From: Candidatus Delongbacteria bacterium
GTDB lineage: Bacteria; CAIWAD01
Direction: 5' to 3'
DNA length: 64,000 bases
Assembly (NCBI GenBank): GCA_963663545.1
Contig: OY760505.1
Location: 2,336,001-2,400,000 of the forward strand
Part shown: in pieces, positions 28,931 to 39,307 of the stretch
How positions within the stretch are numbered: position 1 is the stretch's first letter
How the letters are laid out: every line of letters begins with the position of its first letter
Program-made: the position numbers and the translations under genes
Notes under the pieces: model-generated
What the model was told of the DNA's origin: nothing
Databases searched by the model: none
Seen by the model: only the letters and a program-made list of their open reading frames with translations

Positions 28931-31900
28931 AAATTCTCATACCCGGGCTGAAGTACTGGCCCCTGCATCACGAGATTGAACACACGGTTGCGGAAGCCAT
29001 GCGCGCTGCCGGACACCAGGTTCTTTTCCTGGGGTGCAGCCCTGGTACTCTTCAGGGGTGCGAGTGTGTTGATCGTGCTGTGCGTGAACAAGCCGGAAGT
29101 CACCGTGCCTTCTGCGAACAGTGTGCTACGCGGCAAAAGGGTGTGCATCGCCGGGCGGGTTTCAGGGAGTTGTCGCTGCCGCTTGAGGAAGCGTTTGAAC
29201 AAGCTCTTGCATTACGACTCAGTGATACATCGATAGACGAGTTACTTACGAACACTATTTGTGGTGTCAACCTGCGTGAAATTCTGCTGCCTTCATTGCA
29301 CAGGTTCTCACGTAGCATGCGCCGTTTTGAAGAAACGGTCCACGAGGACGTGATACGTGAATACGCAGCAACGGCGCTTCGCATAGCACACCACTTGCCC
29401 AAAGTCTTGCGTGATCACGACATCAGCACGGTGTTCATGCTTAACGGATTGTTCTTCGCGGAGCGTGTGATTCAACTTGTAGCCCGGTCTGCGGGAGTAC
29501 GTGTTGTCAACTACGAGCGCGGACACATTCGTGATACTCTTGTGCTGAGTGATACAGAAGCAGCCTGCTTCCTGGAAAGCTCTAGAAGCCCTTCTTCGCT
29601 CGAACCACAGTGTCGAGATCTTCACTTGTTGGACGAATACCTGCGGGGGAGAAGCGAAAACCGTGATGCCAGTACGCATTTTGGCACTGGTCGTGACACA
29701 CAAGCACGTGACAAAGATGATCGTCCTCTGGTGGCTGTGTTTACCAATGTTTGCTGGGATAGCAGTGTCACAGCCCGAGGAAGCGGTTTCGGTGGTTATG
29801 AAGAGTGGCTTCAGGCCATCATCGAAATGTGTCGCCAACGTCCGAGCATTGACTTCTGTCTGCGCATACACCCCGGCGAAGCGCGCCTTGAGTACGATCT
29901 CACTCACGACCAAACCACGAGTTGGTTGCGGGAGCGCGGACTACCCTCCAACCTGGAGATCATTCCTCCTGAAAGCAGTCGATCCAGCTATGATCTGATG
30001 GATCAATCCGTCGCAGCCGTAGTCTACGTTTCCTCTGTGGGCTTGGAGATGGCTTGCCGGGGCGGACGTGTGATTTGCTGCGGAGACGTGCACTATGCAG
30101 GTCGAGGTTTTACTCGGGAAGTAGGTGATTTGGCCGCTTTGCTGGAGGAGGTTGATGCGGCTCTGGGTTGCCCAGATGACCAAGAGGTCTCCAATGCAGC
30201 GCGAGTCTATGCCGATGGTTTGTTTCTGGACCGTTGTTACCCCTTTCCTTGGGTCATTGAAACACGCTATGGCCATCCGCAGCGCATTTGTGGCCGTATC
30301 ACACCGAGTGTACTCAAACAAGATACCGCCTTGCAGCGCCTGATTGCCTACATCTGCAGTGGTGAGACGATGCCAGTGAGCTTGCGCGAATTGGTTGATC
30401 AGCCTTCTTTGTGTGCCCTTCCCTTCTCTTATGGGTCGCGGCCATGGCCACGGGAGCGCGTGGCTGTAATCATGCCTGCTTATCAACGTCCGGATCGTTT
30501 GCGACGTGCACTACTTGCGTGGAGCCGGCAAACGCTTGCGGCATCGCGCTTTCAGCTGATCATCATTGATGATGGATCACAGCCGCCACTTGTGGATGTG
30601 TTACAAGAGGTCGATGCCCTGACGCCTCATTTAAACATGCAGCTTGTGCAACTAGAGGAGAATGGCGGGCCTGCCCGTGCACGCAATGTGGGCATCGCCA
30701 CTGTGTTACAACAGGCGAACCCGGCGGAGCTTGTTCTCTTTGTCGGAGATGACATTGAACCAGCCGAAGATTGTCTGGAGCGACTACTACAGACGCGACG
30801 GGCATGGGGAAGCGAAAGCGTTGCCTTGCTCGGACAGGTTGATTGGCCTCGTGATCTACCTCGATCCCGGACAATGGACCTGGTGCAGCGTAACGGCATG
30901 CAGTTCGCCTTTGCTCAGCTACCCCCTCGTGCTATGCTGCCGGCAAACTACTTCTACACATGTCTTGTCGCTGTGCCAACCCAATGGCTGCGTGATACAG
31001 GTTGTGCCTTCAATGAGGGCTTTCCTTACGCTGCCTGGGAAGATGTGGAGTTTGCCTGCAGGCAGCAGGAGCTGGGCCTGAAACTCGCCTATGATGCCTC
31101 GGTTCGTGCGTATCACAATCATCCAATGGACTACGTCTCCTTCACCCGACGTCAGCGGAACGCAGGAGCCAGCGCACGCATGTTTGCACTGCTTACTCCA
31201 AAAGCCTGGGCGCGCATGGGGGTCAGCATTGCGGATACACCACCGGATTCGCGGCGAATTCTTGCCCTTGAGCGTGCTTTGCGCGAGTTGGAGAAGCTTG
31301 ATCTGCACGCTTTGGAAGGGCTTCCCGGCAGTGATGGCAGTTTGGCACGGCAGCTTTCACGAGAGCAGGATCGCCTGCTGGAAATGCTCTTTCGCATGTA
31401 TCACACGGTGGGATGGTACGAGGAGCCGCTCTTTCCTTCGACTGCGCCTGAGGCCGGGCTTCTTAGTGTGATCATTCCCGTGCTTGACAATGCGGTTCTT
31501 ACCCGGTCGTGTCTACAGACAGTGTTTGAATGCACTTCCGGCGCATTTGAAGTGATCGTTGTTGACAATGGTTCTGGTGGCGAAGTGGCAACCATGCTGC
31601 AAGAGTTTCCTCAGGTTCGCGTGATTCGCAATGAGGAGAACCTCGGCTTTGCACGTGCCAACAACCAAGCGGCGGCTGTAGCGCGCGGAGAGATCCTGGT
31701 GCTGTTGAACAACGATACCGAAGTGCTTGCAGGATGGGATTTACCCATTCGCGAGGAATTGGCATCACCCGTCGTTGGCGCCGTTGGCCTACGATTGCTC
31801 TATGGCAATCGACAAGTGCAGCATGCGGGCGTGGCCTTCAACGAGGAAGGCTTGCCGTGGCACATTCACCGTGGGTTGCCGGAACACCATCCAGCAGTAA

Positions 31901-32283
31901 ATGTGAGACTGCAGTTGCATGCCGTAACCGGTGCATGCTTGGGCGTGAGACGAGCCGACTACTATCGTCTTCACGGTCTGGATGAGAACTTTATCAACTG
32001 TTACGAGGATATCGATTTCTGTTTGCGGCTCTGTCGCGAAGGCCTTGCCGTTGTATATCGACCCGATGGCGTCGTTCTGCATCACGAGGGTCGCAGCCAG
32101 GGCCGCAATGCATATGTGGATCACAGCTATTTCGTTCTCAACCGAAAGTTCCCATTCCGCCCATGTGATACAGCATGGGTTCAGTTGCAAGTAGCAAGAG
32201 CGCTTGGTGCGCCTCCAAAAGTGTCTACTGGGTCGAAGAGCGCAGAAGAACGGCGATCTGATGCCGTGGAGAGAGTGCAGTGA
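28927..32283 (+). CDS. Trimodular glycosyltransferase: KpsS/KpsC-like domain + two GT2 domains
   Basis: N-terminal WDSSV/RIHPGE/SSVGLE/HYAGRGFT. First GT2: IIIDDGS...ARNVG...WED. Second GT2: VVDNGS...NLGFARANN...LNNDT...YEDIDFC. Confidence 0.8.
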   Translation: MKILIPGLKYWPLHHEIEHTVAEAMRAAGHQVLFLGCSPGTLQGCECVDRAVREQAGSHRAFCEQCATRQKGVHRRAGFRELSLPLEEAFEQALALRLSDTSIDELLTNTICGVNLREILLPSLHRFSRSMRRFEETVHEDVIREYAATALRIAHHLPKVLRDHDISTVFMLNGLFFAERVIQLVARSAGVRVVNYERGHIRDTLVLSDTEAACFLESSRSPSSLEPQCRDLHLLDEYLRGRSENRDASTHFGTGRDTQARDKDDRPLVAVFTNVCWDSSVTARGSGFGGYEEWLQAIIEMCRQRPSIDFCLRIHPGEARLEYDLTHDQTTSWLRERGLPSNLEIIPPESSRSSYDLMDQSVAAVVYVSSVGLEMACRGGRVICCGDVHYAGRGFTREVGDLAALLEEVDAALGCPDDQEVSNAARVYADGLFLDRCYPFPWVIETRYGHPQRICGRITPSVLKQDTALQRLIAYICSGETMPVSLRELVDQPSLCALPFSYGSRPWPRERVAVIMPAYQRPDRLRRALLAWSRQTLAASRFQLIIIDDGSQPPLVDVLQEVDALTPHLNMQLVQLEENGGPARARNVGIATVLQQANPAELVLFVGDDIEPAEDCLERLLQTRRAWGSESVALLGQVDWPRDLPRSRTMDLVQRNGMQFAFAQLPPRAMLPANYFYTCLVAVPTQWLRDTGCAFNEGFPYAAWEDVEFACRQQELGLKLAYDASVRAYHNHPMDYVSFTRRQRNAGASARMFALLTPKAWARMGVSIADTPPDSRRILALERALRELEKLDLHALEGLPGSDGSLARQLSREQDRLLEMLFRMYHTVGWYEEPLFPSTAPEAGLLSVIIPVLDNAVLTRSCLQTVFECTSGAFEVIVVDNGSGGEVATMLQEFPQVRVIRNEENLGFARANNQAAAVARGEILVLLNNDTEVLAGWDLPIREELASPVVGAVGLRLLYGNRQVQHAGVAFNEEGLPWHIHRGLPEHHPAVNVRLQLHAVTGACLGVRRADYYRLHGLDENFINCYEDIDFCLRLCREGLAVVYRPDGVVLHHEGRSQGRNAYVDHSYFVLNRKFPFRPCDTAWVQLQVARALGAPPKVSTGSKSAEERRSDAVERVQ

Positions 32284-33569
32284 AGCAAGTCGTGATTCAG
32301 CTTGCCCGTCTGGGAGACTTGGTGCAGACCTTACCGTTGGTCAAGGCGCTTGCACTCCAGGGCGAGGTGGATCTGGTATGCTCCTTTGATCCTGGACACC
32401 AAATTCGCAGTCTGTTTGGTCGTGTGGTTGTGACACCTCTTGATGGGTGGGCGGAAGTTGCACACAGTGCCCAGGCACTGCTACGCCTGATGCGGGAGCG
32501 CTTTGCGGTAGAAGGTGGCAATTCGCGCTTTCCGCACTACGCTCGCGTGTACTGCATGAATGATGCCCCTCCTGCTTTGGCTCTCGCCCGATTGCTTGGG
32601 CGAGGTCAATGGCGTGGCGCCGGTTCCCCTTGTGACCCCTATACGCGCTGGTTGCATGCCTTGGTCAGAGGACGCAAACAGGCGCTGCTACCGCTGGTAG
32701 AGGTCATGCAAGTGTTGGCGAGTCAGCCTGTATCACCTGAGCGCGAACGAGCTCATGGGATAGGTCCGATTCTTGTGCATCCAGGGTCGGGAGATGTGTC
32801 ACGGCAGCTTCCCGACATGTTCTGGAACAAGCTCTTGCGCGAACTGACAAGGTTGCAGCAGCACCGCTCAATCGTGTTGACCGGAAGTAGTGCAGAGGCT
32901 GGACGTTGCCAACACTTGGCCAGTGGTAGCGGTTCTCCGGCTGTGCGTAGTCTGGCTGGCACCATGTCATTGGACGAACTGCAGAATCAGTTGTTGAACG
33001 CTTCTCTTCTGATTGCTCAGGACACGGGTGTGCTGCACCTGGGCGCTTGGCACAAAACGCCACTTCTTGGCCTGTATCACGGAAGCATGTACTCTGCGCA
33101 GACTGGACCCTGGCTGGAAGGCGCCCATTTGCTGGAGGTACAGCGGGAATGTCATCCGTGCATGGAAGGTGTTCCGGACTGTGGTAGCTATGAGTGCCAA
33201 GGCGACTTGGATCCGGCCGAATCAGCCAGAGTAGCCGATGCGTTATTGCGTGACACAGAAGTTCTGCAGCCGAAGAGTTGCAGACTGCTTCGTATGTGTT
33301 CTGTGGACCGGGGGTTGATGGCAGTACCAGTAGATATGAAGGATCAGGCTGCAATTCTGGAGCAACAGGCGCAGCGCAGAGCACTTTACAAACGCGGCGG
33401 CGTTGATGCCTTGCTCGATTGTCGCCCGGGTTTGCTTGCGCGTGCCAGCTTACTTGGTGCTCCTCACAGCGAGCTCCGTTTGTGGCGTGGAGCGCAACCG
33501 GCCTTAGGCTTCAAGGCGAGCTGGAATTGGCTCATAGAACGTGATACGCTAGAGGATTCAGGACGATGA
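32280..33569 (+). CDS. Glycosyltransferase family 9 protein
   Basis: QLARLGDLVQT, HPGSG, DTGVLHL, TGPW, CHPC. Confidence 0.85.
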   Translation: MKQVVIQLARLGDLVQTLPLVKALALQGEVDLVCSFDPGHQIRSLFGRVVVTPLDGWAEVAHSAQALLRLMRERFAVEGGNSRFPHYARVYCMNDAPPALALARLLGRGQWRGAGSPCDPYTRWLHALVRGRKQALLPLVEVMQVLASQPVSPERERAHGIGPILVHPGSGDVSRQLPDMFWNKLLRELTRLQQHRSIVLTGSSAEAGRCQHLASGSGSPAVRSLAGTMSLDELQNQLLNASLLIAQDTGVLHLGAWHKTPLLGLYHGSMYSAQTGPWLEGAHLLEVQRECHPCMEGVPDCGSYECQGDLDPAESARVADALLRDTEVLQPKSCRLLRMCSVDRGLMAVPVDMKDQAAILEQQAQRRALYKRGGVDALLDCRPGLLARASLLGAPHSELRLWRGAQPALGFKASWNWLIERDTLEDSGR

Positions 33570-35566
33570 AGCTGCTCTTGCTCGACTTTCCTCTTTTCCA
33601 GAAGGAACTACGACAAGCCGGTCACGAGGTCGTCAGTGTGGGTACTGATTCAGCCTGTGAGTTCCAGCTACCTTCAGAGAACTACGACAGCGCGCACATT
33701 CAAGCCGCTCTTCCCGAAGGGTTCATTCCGGATCTGGTGTTGATCACGGAGACCCTGAAGAAGAGGCGTTTCCCTGCCGGACTTGGTTTGTTGCGTGTAC
33801 CACTAGTGTGGTACAGCATTGACGGACACCTGCACTTGGACTGGCATCTGCGCTATGCGCGGCACTTTGATCTTGTGCTGAGCACTCAGCTGGCCGTGTG
33901 TGATGCAATGAAGCAGCACGGCATAGATGCGAAATGGCTTCCCTGGTCGGTGGACGAAGTGAAGTTGCCACATCATGATGATTCCATGCGTGACATTGAT
34001 GTGAGCATGGTGGGAAGCTTCAATCCTGCTCTACGTCCACGGCGATATCATTTGCTGGAGGATTTGAACCGTCACTTTCGAGTGCAGCTCTTTGGTCCAC
34101 CCTTCAGCTCCTGGTTGGATGATGAGCAAATGCGACAAGTGTATCGGCGCTCACGGGTCGTGGTCAACGAATCGGTGGGCGGAGAGATCAATTTTCGAGT
34201 CTTCGAGGCGCTTTCCGAAGGTGCTTGTCTTCTGACTGATAATGTTCCGGGTCTGGACCGCCTCTATCGAGTAGGCGTAGATCTTCTCAGTTATAATCGT
34301 GATACACTGATCGGAACCTTGCGTGCCGTTCTTAGTGATGAAGTTAGACGCGCAGGAATTGCTGCTTCCGGGATGCTCCACACGCGCAGGCACCACTTCA
34401 GACGACAGCGCTGCAGCGAGCTGATGGAGATTCTTGAGCGGTTTCTGCGCAACCGAAAGAACAGTCCTACTCAGCGTGGCTCTGGAGAGCATGCACCTCG
34501 CAGACAGCTGGCCGAAGAGGCCTTCTGTTGGAGACGTGCTGCAAGTACCGGCATTGCCGAGCGTCACGAAGCGCAGCACGAAGTTCGTTTGCGGTTCTCG
34601 CGTATCACGAAGGAAGATGCTCTTTCGCTCTCCTATCAGGATCCGGAGCTTCTTGTCGAGTACGCCGAGTGGCATTGGGGAAATGGCAGAGAGCATGAGG
34701 CGCGCTCACTGTTGATGCTTCGCGCTGATGGCTTGTGTCACGAAGCTCTGCAGATTCGACAGGTGCTCGATGAGTGGGAGAGCTCTCCTCAGGATCATCT
34801 TCCAGCGCTGGACGCCTTGATGCAGCGAGCTGATCGATTGGCAGAACAAGGCCGTGTGTGGTGCGCGGGGGTCAGGTCCGGAGATAGCGAGGATCTACAC
34901 CTGCCGTTGTGGTCCATTCAGTTGCTTCAGTATGCACTTAGTCAACGACCCGCAAATCCGGATCTTCTGCAGCGCCTTGCCTGCCATCTGCTGCTGGCTG
35001 GTGATACGGATGCGGCATTGGATGCATTGACAGCCTTGATGACTCAAGGCAATCAGTACAGCGAACTCTGGCAAAGTGCAATGGTTCTACGAGCTGGACT
35101 ATTGGATCACCTGAAACGACGAACCGATGCTGTGCTGAGTTTACTTGGAATGCGCGGTCTGCTGTATCACATGCAGAAACGCACCTTGCACGGAATCCAG
35201 GCGAGCCTGCAGGAAAAGCTTCTGCAGTTCTGGCCCAGCAATGAACTGCAGGAGTACACTTACAAACTGTTGGGGCTTATGGCCGCTGGAGATAAAGGAC
35301 TGGATGAGCTGGTCAAGCTGGCCCGGCGTGATGCAGATTCCGCCGCATGCATTCTGGCGGTGAATCAGCTATTGCAGCAGGGGAACGCGGCACAGGCAAA
35401 TGCCCTGCTTGGCGTAGCGTTGATGCGCGCGCCGAGGTGCTCCAGGCTGTTGAGCCTGAAGGCACGTGTACTGGAAAGCATGGGAAGGCGCGAAGCTGCA
35501 GGATTGCACTTGCAGCGTGCGCGACGCTTTCAACTGTTTGCGCCCGTAACACAGGTCGCGGAGTGA
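33566..35566 (+). CDS. CgeB-like glycosyltransferase with helical/TPR-like C-terminus
   Basis: YSIDGH, YRRSRVVVN...NFRVFE...LLTD; helical C-terminal half. Confidence 0.75.
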   Translation: MKLLLLDFPLFQKELRQAGHEVVSVGTDSACEFQLPSENYDSAHIQAALPEGFIPDLVLITETLKKRRFPAGLGLLRVPLVWYSIDGHLHLDWHLRYARHFDLVLSTQLAVCDAMKQHGIDAKWLPWSVDEVKLPHHDDSMRDIDVSMVGSFNPALRPRRYHLLEDLNRHFRVQLFGPPFSSWLDDEQMRQVYRRSRVVVNESVGGEINFRVFEALSEGACLLTDNVPGLDRLYRVGVDLLSYNRDTLIGTLRAVLSDEVRRAGIAASGMLHTRRHHFRRQRCSELMEILERFLRNRKNSPTQRGSGEHAPRRQLAEEAFCWRRAASTGIAERHEAQHEVRLRFSRITKEDALSLSYQDPELLVEYAEWHWGNGREHEARSLLMLRADGLCHEALQIRQVLDEWESSPQDHLPALDALMQRADRLAEQGRVWCAGVRSGDSEDLHLPLWSIQLLQYALSQRPANPDLLQRLACHLLLAGDTDAALDALTALMTQGNQYSELWQSAMVLRAGLLDHLKRRTDAVLSLLGMRGLLYHMQKRTLHGIQASLQEKLLQFWPSNELQEYTYKLLGLMAAGDKGLDELVKLARRDADSAACILAVNQLLQQGNAAQANALLGVALMRAPRCSRLLSLKARVLESMGRREAAGLHLQRARRFQLFAPVTQVAE

Positions 35567-35844
35567 TTCGCGAATTGTGTGCGAGCCGGAATGAAAACTA
35601 CTGACGCGCGGAATGTGGTCGGTCCACCAGGCAGGATGCGGACCGTGTTCCAGGGCAAACAATATTGGGTCGCTGGTCCGGCCAACGACACTTGGGTAGT
35701 ACTGTGGGGAGACAGTGCCCCAGCTGTGGTTGGTGCTGGTGCCGGTATACCGGCTGCGTCAGACTGCCGGCCCGATAGGAAAAGGTGTGCGTGCACACCG
35801 TGGTATCGACCCGCTCGATTTGGTGGGTGAAACCGAGGTTTGCG

Positions 35845-37623
35845 ATGAACCTTATGCAGCTCGTTAGTGGGCGGTGGCCCGATCTAGCCCAATTGCTGGA
35901 AACGGCGTCACCGCCCGCTGCAGCCGCAGTGGACGTGCAAGGTGAACGACTCAGATTCCATTTGAACGGACAATCCTTGGCTTCCCCGCTGCGTCCCGAC
36001 CGGGAAGCCGAGCGCCTTGTGCAACAGGCGCTTCAGGATCGACCAGCAGAGTGCATCGTGTTGTTTGGTCATGGACTCGGTCATCTTGTGCGTGCAGCAC
36101 TGGCAACAAATGTGTCACGTGTGGAATTGCATCCGCCCTGTCTGGGAATGCTGCGGTTGGCGCTACAGCACTGGTCTGCGTCAGATGTACTGGAGGATCC
36201 CCGCCTGGTGATTGTGTCACCTGACGAAGATGCTCCTGTAAAACCAGAAGGCATCGTTGCTGTTATCGAACCCCCGGCCTGGGTAAAGGCGTTTCCCGAG
36301 TTCATTGCTCGTCGCCGTTGTGCGCTAGGATTGCAGCAGGCTAGTGCACTGCGCCTGCGCATACTCGTCGTAGAACCACTCTATGGTGGTAGCCTGCCGG
36401 TAGCAAAATCGGTGTCTACAGCACTCAGGGCGCTGGGACACGAAGTCCGCAGTCTGAGCTACGAAGGCATGGCCGAGGCACAGCGATGTCTCACAGAATT
36501 TGCTGACCGACACCAGGGCGAAACGCGGCCTTTGCAGGAGTTCACCGGCATGCTGGGTAGTATGCTGTTGGTCGAGGCGAACGAGTTTCAGCCGGACCTG
36601 GTCCTTGGTATCGCACAAAGTCCATTTAGTGCTCGCATTGCCGATGTGCTTCGCCAGCAAGGCGCGCGTACAGCGTATTGGTTTGTTGAGGATTTTGAGA
36701 CGCTCGACTATTGGCGTGCTCTGCATGGTCACTTTGATCTGTTCATGACGATTCAGCGCGGGCGATTTGTTGAGGAGCTCGAGAGCATCAGCCGCGCTCC
36801 GGTGCGCTATTTGCCCATGTGTGCTGACCCTGCTCTTTGCTATCCAGAGCCACAAGCTGGTGTGTCACATGAGTTGAGTTTCATCGGAGCCGGGTATCAC
36901 AACCGCGAGCAGTTCTTCCGTGGATTGGTCGACCAGGGATTGCAGATCTGGGGCAGTGAGTGGAATCCCAGGCTACCCACGTGGCAAATGGTGCAGGAAC
37001 AGGGACGTCGCACAACACCGGAAGAGAATCGCCGGATTTTCTCGAGCTCGAGGTTCAACTTGAATTTGCACTCCTCTATGTATCACGGGGGTGTAAATCC
37101 GCACGGGGATTTTGTGAATCCGCGAACCTTCGAGATTCTGGCTTGCGGAGGTTTTCAGCTTGTTGATCAGCGTAGTCTGCTTCCTGAGCTGTTGATTCCG
37201 GGACAAGACCTAGTGTGTTACAGTACTCTGAGTGAGTTGCGCGAAGCGCTTGAGTACTATCGTAAGCACGAAGATCTGCGTCTTGAAATTGCGGCACAGG
37301 GGCGTCAGCATGTGTTACGCTCGCATACCTACACCCGTCGCATGGCCGAAATGCTCGAAATGATGTTGTTGCAACAGGCCGATTTCTTCCCGCGGGCGGT
37401 GTCCCGCTGCAGTTGTGAAGATCTGGATCCTGCACTCTGCGAATTCCTGAGCACCGTTCCGGAAGAGATACCGCGCGAGATAGATGCCCTTGCAGAGTAC
37501 ATTCGCGAAGGTGAACCAGAGCTGGACGACAACCAGGCACTACTGCTATACATGGCCGAGATTCGCGACTGGGCAAGGCAACGGCAACAGCAGGTGGCAA
37601 CGGAGCAACGTACCCGTGGCTGA
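35845..37623 (+). CDS. CgeB/DUF3880-family glycosyltransferase with Maf-like N-terminus
   Basis: ASPLRPDREA, LFGHGLGH, PLYGGSLP, WFVED, NLNLHSS, FVNPRTFE...GGFQLVD, HTYTRRM. Start ATG 35845 after GAGG. Confidence 0.8.
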   Translation: MNLMQLVSGRWPDLAQLLETASPPAAAAVDVQGERLRFHLNGQSLASPLRPDREAERLVQQALQDRPAECIVLFGHGLGHLVRAALATNVSRVELHPPCLGMLRLALQHWSASDVLEDPRLVIVSPDEDAPVKPEGIVAVIEPPAWVKAFPEFIARRRCALGLQQASALRLRILVVEPLYGGSLPVAKSVSTALRALGHEVRSLSYEGMAEAQRCLTEFADRHQGETRPLQEFTGMLGSMLLVEANEFQPDLVLGIAQSPFSARIADVLRQQGARTAYWFVEDFETLDYWRALHGHFDLFMTIQRGRFVEELESISRAPVRYLPMCADPALCYPEPQAGVSHELSFIGAGYHNREQFFRGLVDQGLQIWGSEWNPRLPTWQMVQEQGRRTTPEENRRIFSSSRFNLNLHSSMYHGGVNPHGDFVNPRTFEILACGGFQLVDQRSLLPELLIPGQDLVCYSTLSELREALEYYRKHEDLRLEIAAQGRQHVLRSHTYTRRMAEMLEMMLLQQADFFPRAVSRCSCEDLDPALCEFLSTVPEEIPREIDALAEYIREGEPELDDNQALLLYMAEIRDWARQRQQQVATEQRTRG

Positions 37624-39307
37624 TTTCCTGGTGCTCAGCTGCACCCGCATGGGTGACATTGTGCAGACCACGCCTCTGCTGCGAGGGTTGAAACAACGCT
37701 CACCCAATGCGCGCATAGCGCTAGTTGTGGCAGATAGGTACGCAGCACTGGCACACATGATTCCTTCTGTGGATCACGTTCTTGTCTGGAATCAGGCTGA
37801 AAGCCTGCGCTCATTGTTCTCACAGAATGCACTTCGCGAAGGCTGGGAGTATCATCGAGAATGGCTTCAGCAGCTGAGACCCTACGCAAGTGGCACACTG
37901 ATCAATTTGTCTCACAGCAGGGATTCTGCTCTGCTCTGCAGGCTGCTCAAATCACACCGAACACTTGGACTGCAGGTGGATGCAATGGGTACACAGCTCG
38001 TATCCAACGACTGGCTGCGCTACTTCTATAACATGACAGGACTGCGCGGACAGGCCGCTATCAATCTGGTGGATGTCTATCGCGAAGCGCTGGGGCTTAG
38101 TGCACACGAGGGAAGAAGTCTGGAGCTTCAGGCCCCGAAGGATGCGCTGGAGTGGGCGCAAGAGGAGTTGCGCCGCTGTGGTGTATCCCCAGAGCAGCAC
38201 CGCCCACTTGTTTTGATGCAGCTGGGAGCAAGCGAGAAAGACCGCTGTTGGCCTGTGGAGAGGTTTGCCGAGGTCGCACGGCGCATCACAGCACAGTGGG
38301 GAGCCGTGGTCGGTTTGCTTGGTAGCTCAGGCGAGTCGGCTATGGCAGATGCTTTTCTTCGGGAAACACGGGGTTGCGACATCGCGAACTGGGTCGGTGC
38401 CACTACACTGCCGCAGCTCGTCGCGCTCTGTAGCCTGGGTTCTGTCCTTCTGGCGAATGACACCGGCACTGCGCATATCGCCGCGTCGCAGGGAACACCC
38501 ATTGTGGGCTTGTTTTTTGCCACTGCGCATCCGGCGGTAACGGCTCCGCGACAGGAAGGCGCCCTCGTGCTACAAACCATGATTTCTTGCGGACCCTGTC
38601 AACACCATACTCATTGCCCACATGTGATGTGTCGCGAGATGATTGATGTTGATAGCGTGTGTCACGCAATTGGTGTGCAGTTGCAGCGCCAGGGGTTTCA
38701 TACGAACAATCCCGGTGATGTCTGGCCGGAGAATTCTGCCTTACGCATCTGGCGTGTGGCTTTTGATGAAAGGGGATACCAGGACCTTCAACTCGTGAAT
38801 GGCCCCGCACTAACGCAGGAAGATCATCTGGCTCGTGCCTATCGCCAGGTCTGGGTAAAGGCTCTGGGGCGTGAGACAGATGCAGGCCGTCATGCTGACG
38901 GCCTCCCTTCAGCAAATGGCGAGCACGAGTGTGTAACACGTACTTCGCTTGACGCTCTTGCGTCGGCAGCCAACAAAGCTCAGCAGATCCTTGTGTCGGT
39001 CGGCAGACTTCTGGCAAGTCAAGCACCAGACCTGCGAGTACTGCAGCAGCACGGTGACCGCCTTCAGCAGCTCGACGAGGCAATGCAGAGCTTGCGCGAA
39101 GCACACGAGGAACTACGACCGCTACTGGTGCAGTTTCGACTTGAACGCGAGGCTGTTGGGAGGAGCGCTTCCATGAAGCAAGAGAATCGTGATATTCTTC
39201 TGTGTTACAAACGGCTAGAGTATCGTGCACTTTTGCTGGCGCATTTGCTCAAAACAGACATTGCACCGGTACACGCACAACCCGTCGGGGAGTCTGATCA
39301 TGCCTGA
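37616..39307 (+). CDS. Glycosyltransferase family 9 protein with helical C-terminal extension
   Basis: TRMGDIVQT, QLGAS...RCWP, NDTGTAH, CGPC...C...C. Start GTG 37616 after GGAG. Confidence 0.85.
   Translation: MADFLVLSCTRMGDIVQTTPLLRGLKQRSPNARIALVVADRYAALAHMIPSVDHVLVWNQAESLRSLFSQNALREGWEYHREWLQQLRPYASGTLINLSHSRDSALLCRLLKSHRTLGLQVDAMGTQLVSNDWLRYFYNMTGLRGQAAINLVDVYREALGLSAHEGRSLELQAPKDALEWAQEELRRCGVSPEQHRPLVLMQLGASEKDRCWPVERFAEVARRITAQWGAVVGLLGSSGESAMADAFLRETRGCDIANWVGATTLPQLVALCSLGSVLLANDTGTAHIAASQGTPIVGLFFATAHPAVTAPRQEGALVLQTMISCGPCQHHTHCPHVMCREMIDVDSVCHAIGVQLQRQGFHTNNPGDVWPENSALRIWRVAFDERGYQDLQLVNGPALTQEDHLARAYRQVWVKALGRETDAGRHADGLPSANGEHECVTRTSLDALASAANKAQQILVSVGRLLASQAPDLRVLQQHGDRLQQLDEAMQSLREAHEELRPLLVQFRLEREAVGRSASMKQENRDILLCYKRLEYRALLLAHLLKTDIAPVHAQPVGESDHA

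Noticed and set aside
35579..35830. 83-aa ORF in the intra-cluster gap
   Set aside because: No convincing RBS or protein motif; left unannotated.
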